DNA of 64,000 nt, from NCBI RefSeq assembly GCF_009914755.1, contig NC_060925.1. One strand, given 5' to 3'. The notes under the pieces were generated by a model, which saw nothing but the letters and a program-made list of their open reading frames with translations, did no database searches and was not told the DNA's origin. Both the position numbers and the translations under genes were made by a program. This document shows, piece after piece, positions 11,251-24,620 of the stretch. Every line of letters begins with the position of its first letter. The first letter of the stretch is position 1. Origin of the DNA: the human T2T-CHM13v2.0 reference genome, Homo sapiens.

Positions 11251-14200
11251 AATGGAATTCTCGAATGCAATCGAATAGAATCATCGAATGGACTCGAATG
11301 GAATCATCGAATGGAATGGAATGGAACAGTCAATGAACTCGAATGGAATCATCATTGAATGGAATCGAATGGAATCATCGAGTGGAATCGAAAGGAATTA
11401 TGACCAAATGGAATCGAATGTAATCATCATCAAATGGAATCAAAAATAACCATCATCAATTGGTATTGAATGGAATTGTCATCAAATGGAATTCAAAGGA
11501 ATCATCATCAAATGGAACCGAATGGAATCCTCATTGAATGGAAATGAAAGGGGTCATCATCTAATGGAATCGCATGGAATCATCATCAAATGGAATCGAA
11601 TGGAATCATCATCAAATGGAATCTAATGGAAACATTGAAAAGAATTGAATGGAATCGTCATCGAATGAATTGAATGCAATCATCGAATGGTCTCGAATGG
11701 AATCATCTTCTAATGAAAAGGAATGGAATCATCGCATAGAATCGAATGGAATTATCATCGAATGGAATCGAATGGTATCAACACCAAACGGAAAAAAACG
11801 GAATTATCGAATGGAATCGAAGAGAATCTTCGAACGGACCCGAATGGAATCATCTAATGGAATGGAATGGAATAATCCATGGACTCGAATGCAATCATCA
11901 TCGAATGGAATCGAATGGAATCATCGAATGGACTCGAATGGAATAATCATTGAACGGAATCGAATGGAATCATCATCGGATGGAAACGAATGGAATCATC
12001 ATCGAATGGAAATGAAAGGAGTCATCATCTAATGGAATTGCATGGAATCATCATCAAATGGAATCGAATGGAATCAACATCAAATGGAATCAAATGGAAT
12101 CATTGAACGGAATTGAATGGAATCGTCATCGAATGAATTGAATGCAATCATCGAATGGTCTCGAATGGAATCATCTTCAAATGGAATGGAATGGAATCAT
12201 CGCATACAATCGAATGGAATTATCATCGAATGGAATCGAATGGAATCAACATCAAACGGAAAAAAACGGAATTATCGAATGGAATCGAAGAGAATCATCG
12301 AATGGACCCGAATGGAATCATCTAATGGAATGGAATGGAATAATCCATGGACTCGAATGCAATCATCATCGAATGGAATCGAATGGAATCATCGAATGGA
12401 CTCGAATGGAATAATCATTGAACGGAATCGAATGGAATCATCATCGGATGGAAATGAATGGAATCATCATCGAATGGAATCGAATAGAATTATGGAATGA
12501 AATCCAGTGTGATCATCATCGAATGGACCCGAATGGAATCATCATCCAACGTAAGCTAATGGAATCAACATCGAATGAATCGAATGGAAACACCATCGAA
12601 TTGAAACGAATGGAATTACCATGAAATTGAAATGGATGGACTCATCATCGAATGGATTCGAATGGAATCATCGAATAAAATTGATTGAAATCATCATCGA
12701 ATGGTATCGAATGGTATCATTGAATGGAATCGAATGGAATCATCCTCAGATGGAAATGAATGGAATCGTCATAGAATGGAATCGAATGGATTCATTGAAT
12801 GGAATCAGATGGAATCATCGAATGGACTGGAATGGAATCATTGAATGGACTCGAAAGGGATCATTATTGAATGGAATTGAATGGAATCATCGAATGGTCC
12901 CGATGGAATCATTATCAAATGGAATCGAATGGAATCACCGAATAGAATCGAATGGAACAATCATCGAATGGACTCAAATGGAATTATCCTCACATGGAAT
13001 CGAATGGAATTATCGAATGCAATCGAATGGAATTATCGAATGCAATCGAATAGAATCATCGAATGGACTCGAATGGAATCATCGAATGGAATGGAATGGA
13101 ACAGTCAATGAACTCGAATGGAATCATCATTGAATGGAATCGAATGGAATCATCGAGTGGAATCGAATGGAATTATGATCAAATGGAATCGAATTTAATC
13201 ATCATCAAATGGAATCAAAAATAACCATCATCAATTGGTATTGAATGGAATTCTCATCAAATGGAATTCAAAGGAATCATCATCAAATGGAACTGAATGG
13301 AATCCTCATTGAATGGAAATGAAAGGGGTCATCATCTAATGGAATCGCATGGAATCATCATCAAATGGAATCGAATGGAATCATCATCAAATGGAATCTG
13401 ATGGAAACATTGAACAGAATTGAATGGAATCGTCATCGAATGAATTGAATTCAATCATCGAATGGTCTCGAATGTAATCACATTCTAATGGAAAGGAATG
13501 GAATCATCGCATAGAATCGAATGGAATTAACATTGAATGGACTCGAATGGAATCAACATCAAACGGAATCAAGCGGAATTATCGAATGGAATCGAAGAGA
13601 ATCATCGAATGGTCTCGAATGGAATCATCTTCTAATGGAAAGGAATGGAATCATCTCATAGAATCGAATGGAATTAACATTGAATGGACTCGAATGGAAT
13701 CAACATCAAATGCAATCAAGCGGAATTGTCGAATGAAATCGAAGAGAATCATCGAATGGACTCGAATGGAATCATCTAATGGAATGGAATGGAATAATCC
13801 ACGGACTCGAATGCAATCATCATCGTATAGAATCGAATGGAATGATCGAAAGGACTCGAATGGAATAACCATTGAACGGAATCGAATGGAATCATCATCG
13901 GATGGAAACGAATGGAATCATCATCGAATGGAAATGAAAGGAGTCATCATCTAATGGAATTGCATGGAATCATCATCAAATGGAATCGAATGGAATCATC
14001 ATCAAATGGAATCAAATGGAATCATTGAACGGAATTGAATGGAATTGTCATCGAATGAATTGACTGCAATCATCCAATGGTCTCGAATGGAATCATCTTC
14101 AAATGGAATGGAATGGAATCATCGCATAGAATCGAATGGAATTATCATCGAATGGAATCGAATGGTATCAACATCAAACGGAAAAAAACGGAATTATCGA

Positions 14201-14542
14201 ATGGAATCGAAGAGAATCTTCGAACGGACCCGAATGGAATCATCTAATGGAATGGAATGGAATAATCCATGGACTCGAATGCAATCATCATCGAATGGAA
14301 TCGAATGGAATCATTGAATGGACTCGAATGGAATAATCATTGAACGGAATCGAATGGAATCATCATCGGATGGAAATGAATGGAATCATCATCGAATGGA
14401 ATCGAATAGAATTATGGAATGAAATCCAGTGTGATCATCATCGAATGGACCCGAATGGAATCATCATCCAACGGAAGCTAATGGAATCAACATCGAATGA
14501 ATCGAAAGGAAACACCATCGAATTGAAACGAATGGAATTATC

Positions 14543-15436
14543 ATGAAATTGAAATGGATGGACTCATCATCGAATGGATTCGAATGGAATCATCGAATAA
14601 AATTGATTGAAATCATCATCAAATGGAATCGAATGGTATCATTGAATGGAATCGAATGGAATCATCATCAGATGGAAATGAATGGAATCGTCATAGAATG
14701 GAATCGAATGGATTCATTGAATGGAATCAGATGGAATCATCGAATGGACTCGAATGGAATAATCATTGAACGGAATCGAATGGAATCATCATCGGATGGA
14801 AACGAATGGAATCATCATCGAATGGAAATGAAAGGAGTCATCATCTAATGGAATTTCATGGAATCATCATCAAATGGAATCGAATGGAATCAACATCAAA
14901 TGGAATCAAATGGAATCATTGAACGGAATTGAATGGAATCGTCATCGAATGAATTGAATGCAATCATCGAATGGTCTCGAATGGAATCATCTTCAAATGG
15001 AATGGAATGGAATCATCGCATAGAATCGAATGGAATTATCATCGAATGGAATCGAATGTTATCAACATCAAACGGAAAATAACGGAATTATCGAATGGAA
15101 TCGAAGAGAATCATCGAACGGACCCGAATGGAATCATCTAATGGAATGGAATGGAATAATCCACGGACTCGAATGCAATCATCGTCGAATGGAATCGAAT
15201 AGAATCATCGAATGGACTCGAATGGAATAATCATTGAACGGAATCGAATGGAATCATCATCGGATGGAAACGAATGGAATCATCATCGAATGGAATCGAA
15301 TAGAATTATGGAATGAAATCCAGTGTGATCATCATCGAATGGACCCGAATGGAATCATCATCCAACGGAAGCTAATGGAATCAACATCGAATGAATCAAA
15401 TGGAAACACCATCGAATTGAAACGAATGGAATTACC
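14543..15436 (+). repeat. 894-bp truncated monomer (882-bp deletion); also 19135-20028 and 23727-24620
   Basis: Core sequence 'ggaatcagatggaatcatcgaatggact' runs directly into subunit sequence 'cgaatggaataatcattgaacgg' at 14731-14750. Confidence 0.93.
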
Positions 15437-16127
15437 ATGAAATTGAAATGGATGGACTCATCATCAAATGGATTCGAATGGAATCATCGAATAAAATTGA
15501 TTGAAATCATCATCGAATGGAATCGAATGGTATCATTGAATGGAATCGAATGGAATCATCATCAGATGGAAATGAATGGAATCGTCATAGAATGGAATCG
15601 AATGGATTCATTGAATGGAATCAGATGGAATCATTGAATGGACTGGAATGGAATCATTGAATGGACTCGAAAGGGATCATTATTGAATGGAATTGAATGG
15701 AATCATCGAATGGTCTCGATTGGAATCATTATCAAATGGAATCGAATGGAATCACCGAATAGAATCGAATGGAACAATCATCGAATGGACTCAAATGGAA
15801 TTATCCTCCAATGGAATGGAATGGAATTATCGAATGCAATCGAATGGAATTATCGAATGCAATCGAATAGAATCATCGAATGGACTCGAATGGAATCATT
15901 GAATGGAATGGAATGGAACAGTCAATGAACTCGAATGGAATCATCATTGAATGGAATCGAATGGAATCATCGAGTGGAATCGAATGGAATTATGATCAAA
16001 TGGAATCGAATGTAATCATCATCAAATGGAATCAAAAATAACCATCATCAATTGGTATTGAATGGAATTGTCATCAAATGGAATTCAAAGGAATCATCAT
16101 CAAATGGAACCGAATGGAATCCTCATT

Positions 16128-17063
16128 GAATGGAAATGAAAGGGGTCATCATCTAATGGAATCGCATGGAATCATCATCAAATGGAATCGAATGGAATCA
16201 TCATCAAATGGAATCTAATGGAATCATTGAAAAGAATTGAATGGAATCGTCATCGAATGAATTGAATGCAATCATCGAATGGTCTCGAATGGAATCATCT
16301 TCTAATGGAAAGGAATGGAATCATCGCATAGAATCGAATGGAATTATCATCGAATGGAATCGAATGGTATCAACACCAAACGGAAAAAAACGGAATTATC
16401 GAATGGAATCGAAGAGAATCTTCGAACGGACCCGAATGGAATCATCTAATGGAATGGAATGGAATAATCCATGGACTCGAATGCAATCATCATCGAATGG
16501 AATCGAATGGAATCATCGAATGGACTCGAATGGAATAATCATTGAACGGAATCGAATGGAATCATCATCGGATGGAAACGAATGGAATCATCATCGAATG
16601 GAAATGAAAGGAGTCATCATCTAATGGAATTGCATGGAATCATCATAAAATGGAATCGAATGGAATCAACATCAAATGGAATCAAATGGAATCATTGAAC
16701 GGAATTGAATGGAATCGTCATCGAATGAATTGAATGCAATCATCGAATGGTCTCGAATGGAATCATCTTCAAATAGAATGGAATGGAATCATCGCATAGA
16801 ATCGAATGGAATTATCATCGAATGGAATCGAATGGAATCAACATCAAACGGAAAAAAACGGAATTATCGAATGGAATCGAAGAGAATCATCGAATGGACC
16901 CGAATGGAATCATCTAATGGAATGGAATGGAATAATCCATGGACTCGAATGCAATCATCATCGAATGGAATCGAATGGAATCATCGAATGGACTCGAATG
17001 GAATAATCATTGAACGGAATCGAATGGAATCATCATCGGATGGAAATGAATGGAATCATCATC
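16128..17063 (+). repeat. Internal 468-bp subunit pair of the monomer (A 16128-16595, B 16596-17063), example copy
   Basis: 'gaatggaaatgaaagg' at 16128 and 16596; paired ORF anchors 468 apart (16241/16709, 89/557, 11649/12117). A is marked by aggggtc/atcgcatg/ttctaatggaaagg/cttcgaacgg, B by aggagtc/attgcatg/ttcaaatggaatgg/catcgaatgg. Confidence 0.93.
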
Positions 17064-20000
17064 GAATGGAATCGAATAGAATTATGGAATGAAATCCAGT
17101 GTGATCATCATCGAATGGACCCGAATGGAATCATCATCCAACGTAAGCTAATGGAATCAACATCGAATGAATCGAATGGAAACACCATCGAATTGAAACG
17201 AATGGAATTACCATGAAATTGAAATGGATGGACTCATCATCGAATGGATTCGAATGGAATCATCGAATAAAATTGATTGAAATCATCATCGAATTGTATC
17301 GAATGGTATCATTGAATGGAATCGAATGGAATCATCCTCAGATGGAAATGAATGGAATCGTCATAGAATGGAATCGAATGGATTCATTGAATGGAATCAG
17401 ATGGAATCATCGAATGGACTGGAATGGAATCATTGAATGGACTCGAAAGGGATCATTATTGAATGGAATTGAATGGAATCATCGAATGGTCCCGATGGAA
17501 TCATTATCAAATGGAATCGAATGGAATCACCGAATAGAATCGAATGGAACAATCATCGAATGGACTCAAATGGAATTATCCTCACATGGAATCGAATGGA
17601 ATTATCGAATGCAATCGAATGGAATTATCGAATGCAATCGAATAGAATCATCGAATGGACTCGAATGGAATCATCGAATGGAATGGAATGGAACAGTCAA
17701 TGAACTCGAATGGAATCATCATTGAATGGAATCGAATGGAATCATCGAGTGGAATCGAATGGAATTATGATCAAATGGAATCGAATGTAATCATCATCAA
17801 ATGGAATCAAAAATAACCATCATCAATTGGTATTGAATGGAATTCTCATCAAATGGAATTCAAAGGAATCATCATCAAATGGAACTGAATGGAATCCTCA
17901 TTGAATGGAAATGAAAGGGGTCATCATCTAATGGAATCGCATGGAATCATCATCAAATGGAATCGAATGGAATCATCATCAAATGGAATCTGATGGAATC
18001 ATTGAACAGAATTGAATGGAATCGTCATCGAATGAATTGAATTCAATCATCGAATGGTCTCGAATGTAATCACATTCTAATGGAAAGGAATGGAATCATC
18101 GCATAGAATCGAATGGAATTAACATTGAATGGACTCGAATGGAATCAACATCAAACGGAATCAAGCGGAATTATCGAATGGAATCGAAGAGAATCATCGA
18201 ATGGTCTCGAATGGAATCATCTTCTAATGGAAAGGAATGGAATCATCTCATAGAATCGAATGGAATTAACATTGAATGGACTCGAATGGAATCAACATCA
18301 AATGCAATCAAGCGGAATTGTCGAATGAAATCGAAGAGAATCATCGAATGGACTCGAATGGAATCATCTAATGGAATGGAATGGAATAATCCACGGACTC
18401 GAATGCAATCATCATCGTATAGAATCGAATGGAATGATCGAAAGGACTCGAATGGAATAACCATTGAACGGAATCGAATGGAATCATCATCGGATGGAAA
18501 CGAATGGAATCATCATCGAATGGAAATGAAAGGAGTCATCATCTAATGGAATTGCATGGAATCATCATCAAATGGAATCGAATGGAATCATCATCAAATG
18601 GAATCAAATGGAATCATTGAACGGAATTGAATGGAATTGTCATCGAATGAATTGACTGCAATCATCCAATGGTCTCGAATGGAATCATCTTCAAATGGAA
18701 TGGAATGGAATCATCGCATAGAATCGAATGGAATTATCATCGAATGGAATCGAATGGTATCAACATCAAACGGAAAAAAACGGAATTATCGAATGGAATC
18801 GAAGAGAATCTTCGAACGGACCCGAATGGAATCATCTAATGGAATGGAATGGAATAATCCATGGACTCGAATGCAATCATCATCGAATGGAATCGAATGG
18901 AATCATTGAATGGACTCGAATGGAATAATCATTGAACGGAATCGAATGGAATCATCATCGGATGGAAATGAATGGAATCATCATCGAATGGAATCGAATA
19001 GAATTATGGAATGAAATCCAGTGTGATCATCATCGAATGGACCCGAATGGAATCATCATCCAACGGAAGCTAATGGAATCAACATCGAATGAATCGAAAG
19101 GAAACACCATCGAATTGAAACGAATGGAATTATCATGAAATTGAAATGGATGGACTCATCATCGAATGGATTCGAATGGAATCATCGAATAAAATTGATT
19201 GAAATCATCATCGAATGGAATCGAATGGTATCATTGAATGGAATCGAATGGAATCATCATCAGATGGAAATGAATGGAATCGTCATAGAATGGAATCGAA
19301 TGGATTCATTGAATGGAATCAGATGGAATCATCGAATGGACTCGAATGGAATAATCATTGAACGGAATCGAATGGAATCATCATCGGATGGAAACGAATG
19401 GAATCATCATCGAATGGAAATGAAAGGAGTCATCATCTAATGGAATTTCATGGAATCATCATCAAATGGAATCGAATGGAATCAACATCAAATGGAATCA
19501 AATGGAATCATTGAACGGAATTGAATGGAATCGTCATCGAATGAATTGAATGCAATCATCGAATGGTCTCGAATGGAATCATCTTCAAATGGAATGGAAT
19601 GGAATCATCGCATAGAATCGAATGGAATTATCATCGAATGGAATCGAATGTTATCAACATCAAACGGAAAATAACGGAATTATCGAATGGAATCGAAGAG
19701 AATCATCGAACGGACCCGAATGGAATCATCTAATGGAATGGAATGGAATAATCCACGGACTCGAATGCAATCATCGTCGAATGGAATCGAATAGAATCAT
19801 CGAATGGACTCGAATGGAATAATCATTGAACGGAATCGAATGGAATCATCATCGGATGGAAACGAATGGAATCATCATCGAATGGAATCGAATAGAATTA
19901 TGGAATGAAATCCAGTGTGATCATCATCGAATGGACCCGAATGGAATCATCATCCAACGGAAGCTAATGGAATCAACATCGAATGAATCAAATGGAAACA

Positions 20001-23000
20001 CCATCGAATTGAAACGAATGGAATTACCATGAAATTGAAATGGATGGACTCATCATCAAATGGATTCGAATGGAATCATCGAATAAAATTGATTGAAATC
20101 ATCATCGAATGGAATCGAATGGTATCATTGAATGGAATCGAATGGAATCATCATCAGATGGAAATGAATGGAATCGTCATAGAATGGAATCGAATGGATT
20201 CATTGAATGGAATCAGATGGAATCATTGAATGGACTGGAATGGAATCATTGAATGGACTCGAAAGGGATCATTATTGAATGGAATTGAATGGAATCATCG
20301 AATGGTCTCGATTGGAATCATTATCAAATGGAATCGAATGGAATCACCGAATAGAATCGAATGGAACAATCATCGAATGGACTCAAATGGAATTATCCTC
20401 CAATGGAATGGAATGGAATTATCGAATGCAATCGAATGGAATTATCGAATGCAATCGAATAGAATCATCGAATGGACTCGAATGGAATCATTGAATGGAA
20501 TGGAATGGAACAGTCAATGAACTCGAATGGAATCATCATTGAATGGAATCGAATGGAATCATCGAGTGGAATCGAATGGAATTATGATCAAAAGGAATCG
20601 AATGTAATCATCATCAAATGGAATCAAAAATAACCATCATCAATTGGTATTGAATGGAATTGTCATCAAATGGAATTCAAAGGAATCATCATCAAATGGA
20701 ACCGAATGGAATCCTCATTGAATGGAAATGAAAGGGGTCATCATCTAATGGAATCGCATGGAATCATCATCAAATGGAATCGAATGGAATCATCATCAAA
20801 TGGAATCTAATGGAATCATTGAAAAGAATTGAATGGAATCGTCATCGAATGAATTGAATGCAATCATCGAATGGTCTCGAATGGAATCATCTTCTAATGG
20901 AAAGGAATGGAATCATCGCATAGAATCGAATGGAATTATCATCGAATGGAATCGAATGGTATCAACACCAAACGGAAAAAAACGGAATTATCGAATGGAA
21001 TCGAAGAGAATCTTCGAACGGACCCGAATGGAATCATCTAATGGAATGGAATGGAATAATCCATGGACTCGAATGCAATCATCATCGAATGGAATCGAAT
21101 GGAATCATCGAATGGACTCGAATGGAATAATCATTGAACGGAATCGAATGGAATCATCATCGGATGGAAACGAATGGAATCATCATCGAATGGAAATGAA
21201 AGGAGTCATCATCTAATGGAATTGCATGGAATCATCATAAAATGGAATCGAATGGAATCAACATCAAATGGAATCAAATGGAATCATTGAACGGAATTGA
21301 ATGGAATCGTCATCGAATGAATTGAATGCAATCATCGAATGGTCTCGAATGGAATCATCTTCAAATAGAATGGAATGGAATCATCGCATAGAATCGAATG
21401 GAATTATCATCGAATGGAATCGAATGGAATCAACATCAAACGGAAAAAAACGGAATTATCGAATGGAATCGAAGAGAATCATCGAATGGACCCGAATGGA
21501 ATCATCTAATGGAATGGAATGGAATAATCCATGGACTCGAATGCAATCATCATCGAATGGAATCGAATGGAATCATCGAATGGACTCGAATGGAATAATC
21601 ATTGAACGGAATCGAATGGAATCATCATCGGATGGAAATGAATGGAATCATCATCGAATGGAATCGAATAGAATTATGGAATGAAATCCAGTGTGATCAT
21701 CATCGAATGGACCCGAATGGAATCATCATCCAACGTAAGCTAATGGAATCAACATCGAATGAATCGAATGGAAACACCATCGAATTGAAACGAATGGAAT
21801 TACCATGAAATTGAAATGGATGGACTCATCATCGAATGGATTCGAATGGAATCATCGAATAAAATTGATTGAAATCATCATCGAATTGTATCGAATGGTA
21901 TCATTGAATGGAATCGAATGGAATCATCCTCAGATGGAAATGAATGGAATCGTCATAGAATGGAATCGAATGGATTCATTGAATGGAATCAGATGGAATC
22001 ATCGAATGGACTGGAATGGAATCATTGAATGGACTCGAAAGGGATCATTATTGAATGGAATTGAATGGAATCATCGAATGGTCCCGATGGAATCATTATC
22101 AAATGGAATCGAATGGAATCACCGAATAGAATCGAATGGAACAATCATCGAATGGACTCAAATGGAATTATCCTCACATGGAATCGAATGGAATTATCGA
22201 ATGCAATCGAATGGAATTATCGAATGCAATCGAATAGAATCATCGAATGGACTCGAATGGAATCATCGAATGGAATGGAATGGAACAGTCAATGAACTCG
22301 AATGGAATCATCATTGAATGGAATCGAATGGAATCATCGAGTGGAATCGAATGGAATTATGATCAAATGGAATCGAATGTAATCATCATCAAATGGAATC
22401 AAAAATAACCATCATCAATTGGTATTGAATGGAATTCTCATCAAATGGAATTCAAAGGAATCATCATCAAATGGAACTGAATGGAATCCTCATTGAATGG
22501 AAATGAAAGGGGTCATCATCTAATGGAATCGCATGGAATCATCATCAAATGGAATCGAATGGAATCATCATCAAATGGAATCTGATGGAATCATTGAACA
22601 GAATTGAATGGAATCGTCATCGAATGAATTGAATTCAATCATCGAATGGTCTCGAATGTAATCACATTCTAATGGAAAGGAATGGAATCATCGCATAGAA
22701 TCGAATGGAATTAACATTGAATGGACTCGAATGGAATCAACATCAAACGGAATCAAGCGGAATTATCGAATGGAATCGAAGAGAATCATCGAATGGTCTC
22801 GAATGGAATCATCTTCTAATGGAAAGGAATGGAATCATCTCATAGAATCGAATGGAATTAACATTGAATGGACTCGAATGGAATCAACATCAAATGCAAT
22901 CAAGCGGAATTGTCGAATGAAATCGAAGAGAATCATCGAATGGACTCGAATGGAATCATCTAATGGAATGGAATGGAATAATCCACGGACTCGAATGCAA

Positions 23001-24620
23001 TCATCATCGTATAGAATCGAATGGAATGATCGAAAGGACTCGAATGGAATAACCATTGAACGGAATCGAATGGAATCATCATCGGATGGAAACGAATGGA
23101 ATCATCATCGAATGGAAATGAAAGGAGTCATCATCTAATGGAATTGCATGGAATCATCATCAAATGGAATCGAATGGAATCATCATCAAATGGAATCAAA
23201 TGGAATCATTGAACGGAATTGAATGGAATTGTCATCGAATGAATTGACTGCAATCATCCAATGGTCTCGAATGGAATCATCTTCAAATGGAATGGAATGG
23301 AATCATCGCATAGAATCGAATGGAATTATCATCGAATGGAATCGAATGGTATCAACATCAAACGGAAAAAAACGGAATTATCGAATGGAATCGAAGAGAA
23401 TCTTCGAACGGACCCGAATGGAATCATCTAATGGAATGGAATGGAATAATCCATGGACTCGAATGCAATCATCATCGAATGGAATCGAATGGAATCATTG
23501 AATGGACTCGAATGGAATAATCATTGAACGGAATCGAATGGAATCATCATCGGATGGAAATGAATGGAATCATCATCGAATGGAATCGAATAGAATTATG
23601 GAATGAAATCCAGTGTGATCATCATCGAATGGACCCGAATGGAATCATCATCCAACGGAAGCTAATGGAATCAACATCGAATGAATCGAAAGGAAACACC
23701 ATCGAATTGAAACGAATGGAATTATCATGAAATTGAAATGGATGGACTCATCATCGAATGGATTCGAATGGAATCATCGAATAAAATTGATTGAAATCAT
23801 CATCGAATGGAATCGAATGGTATCATTGAATGGAATCGAATGGAATCATCATCAGATGGAAATGAATGGAATCGTCATAGAATGGAATCGAATGGATTCA
23901 TTGAATGGAATCAGATGGAATCATCGAATGGACTCGAATGGAATAATCATTGAACGGAATCGAATGGAATCATCATCGGATGGAAACGAATGGAATCATC
24001 ATCGAATGGAAATGAAAGGAGTCATCATCTAATGGAATTTCATGGAATCATCATCAAATGGAATCGAATGGAATCAACATCAAATGGAATCAAATGGAAT
24101 CATTGAACGGAATTGAATGGAATCGTCATCGAATGAATTGAATGCAATCATCGAATGGTCTCGAATGGAATCATCTTCAAATGGAATGGAATGGAATCAT
24201 CGCATAGAATCGAATGGAATTATCATCGAATGGAATCGAATGGTATCAACATCAAACGGAAAATAACGGAATTATCGAATGGAATCGAAGAGAATCATCG
24301 AACGGTCCCGAATGGAATCATCTAATGGAATGGAATGGAATAATCCACGGACTCGAATGCAATCATCGTCGAATGGAATCGAATAGAATCATCGAATGGA
24401 CTCGAATGGCATAATCATTGAACGGAATCGAATGGAATCATCATCGGATGGAAACGAATGGAATCATCATCGAATGGAATCGAATAGAATTATGGAATGA
24501 AATCCAGTGTGATCATCATCGAATGGACCCGAATGGAATCATCATCCAACGGAAGCTAATGGAATCAACATCGAATGAATCAAATGGAAACACCATCGAA
24601 TTGAAACGAATGGAATTACC

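Noticed and set aside
13651-23056. Three identical minus-strand 73-aa ORFs (13651, 18243, 22835)
   Set aside because: Chance loss of stop codons in one variant subunit, replicated by the 4,592-bp repeat; no protein-like features.
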